62,851 nt of DNA from Minisyncoccota bacterium (GTDB lineage: Bacteria; Patescibacteriota; Minisyncoccia; UBA6257; 2-01-FULL-56-20): assembly GCA_031291905.1 (NCBI GenBank), contig JARLIC010000029.1, positions 1-62,851 on the forward strand, in the 5' to 3' direction. The notes under the pieces were generated by a model. That model was not told where the DNA came from. It searched no databases and saw only the letters and a list, made by a program, of their open reading frames with translations. Below are positions 62,443 through 62,851 of the stretch, piece by piece (position 1 is the stretch's first letter; each line of letters starts with the position of its first letter). A program made the position numbers and the translations under genes.

Positions 62443-62820
62443 CTACACCACCAGCGCCTTTATCCTCTGCACAAGGTCGTCGATGGAAACCTTCACCTTC
62501 ACGAAGTATTCCTTCGCCCCGAGCTCGCGCGCTTTCTCGATGTCGGAATCCTGAGCAAGGTTGCTCACGATCACGACCGGGATCGCCGCAAGCTTCGGTG
62601 TGAGCGAGATGGTCTTTAACACCTCGAACCCCGTGACTTTCGGCATGATGAGATCGAGTATGATGAGGCTCGGCGTTTCGGTCTTGAGAAGCTGGATAGC
62701 CTCCTCGCCATCGAACACCTGCGAAACGACAAAGCCGTCCTTCTCCAGGCGCGCCTTCATCAGAAACGACAGGAACCTGTCGTCCTCAACAATCATGATC
62801 CTTTTTGCATCTTCCGGCAT
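62443..62820 (-). CDS. single-domain response regulator (CheY-like receiver)
   Basis: IMIVEDD, LIILDLIMP (phospho-acceptor Asp) and a conserved K near the C-terminus. No output domain. Confidence 0.85.
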   Translation of the reverse strand: MPEDAKRIMIVEDDRFLSFLMKARLEKDGFVVSQVFDGEEAIQLLKTETPSLIILDLIMPKVTGFEVLKTISLTPKLAAIPVVIVSNLAQDSDIEKARELGAKEYFVKVKVSIDDLVQRIKALVV

Positions 62821-62851
62821 ACTCTTTATGATAGCACAGTTGTGACACTGA

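Overview
GC-rich, very compact bacterial window with about 70 protein genes, 4 tRNAs and no rRNA or CRISPR array. Gene content and order look like a Candidate Phyla Radiation (Patescibacteria)-type genome. There is an rplC-to-rplO ribosomal protein cluster followed by secY, two adk genes and map, with no rpsJ and no rpmD. There is also cell-envelope and division machinery (murA, mreB, murC, murG, ftsW, M23 peptidase), secDF, split comEC, dnaE, four aminoacyl-tRNA synthetase or translation-factor genes, a MacAB-like ABC exporter, and many small membrane or secreted hypotheticals. Most long ORFs antisense to these genes are GC-driven shadow ORFs. The most unusual content is non-coding. (1) Four copies of a conserved ~60-70 nt core show compensatory base changes in three helices. 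Each core sits at the tip of a copy-specific 25-36 bp inverted repeat that often starts inside the stop codon of the neighbouring gene. (2) Two related elements lie behind tRNA-Ala and tRNA-Arg, and their arms are copies of the tRNA 3' end. (3) A consensus sigma70-type promoter drives a ~190 nt structured leader with mutually exclusive terminator and antiterminator pairing upstream of rplC. (4) A ~32 nt motif recurs five times. (5) Several genes have a -10 box 6-8 nt before the ATG, which suggests leaderless mRNAs. On the protein side, a VirD4/TraD-like ATPase with a zinc ribbon sits in a conserved membrane-protein cluster next to split comEC, and there is an 1105-aa secreted lipase-domain protein. 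All functional calls come from motif recognition by eye; no database search was run.
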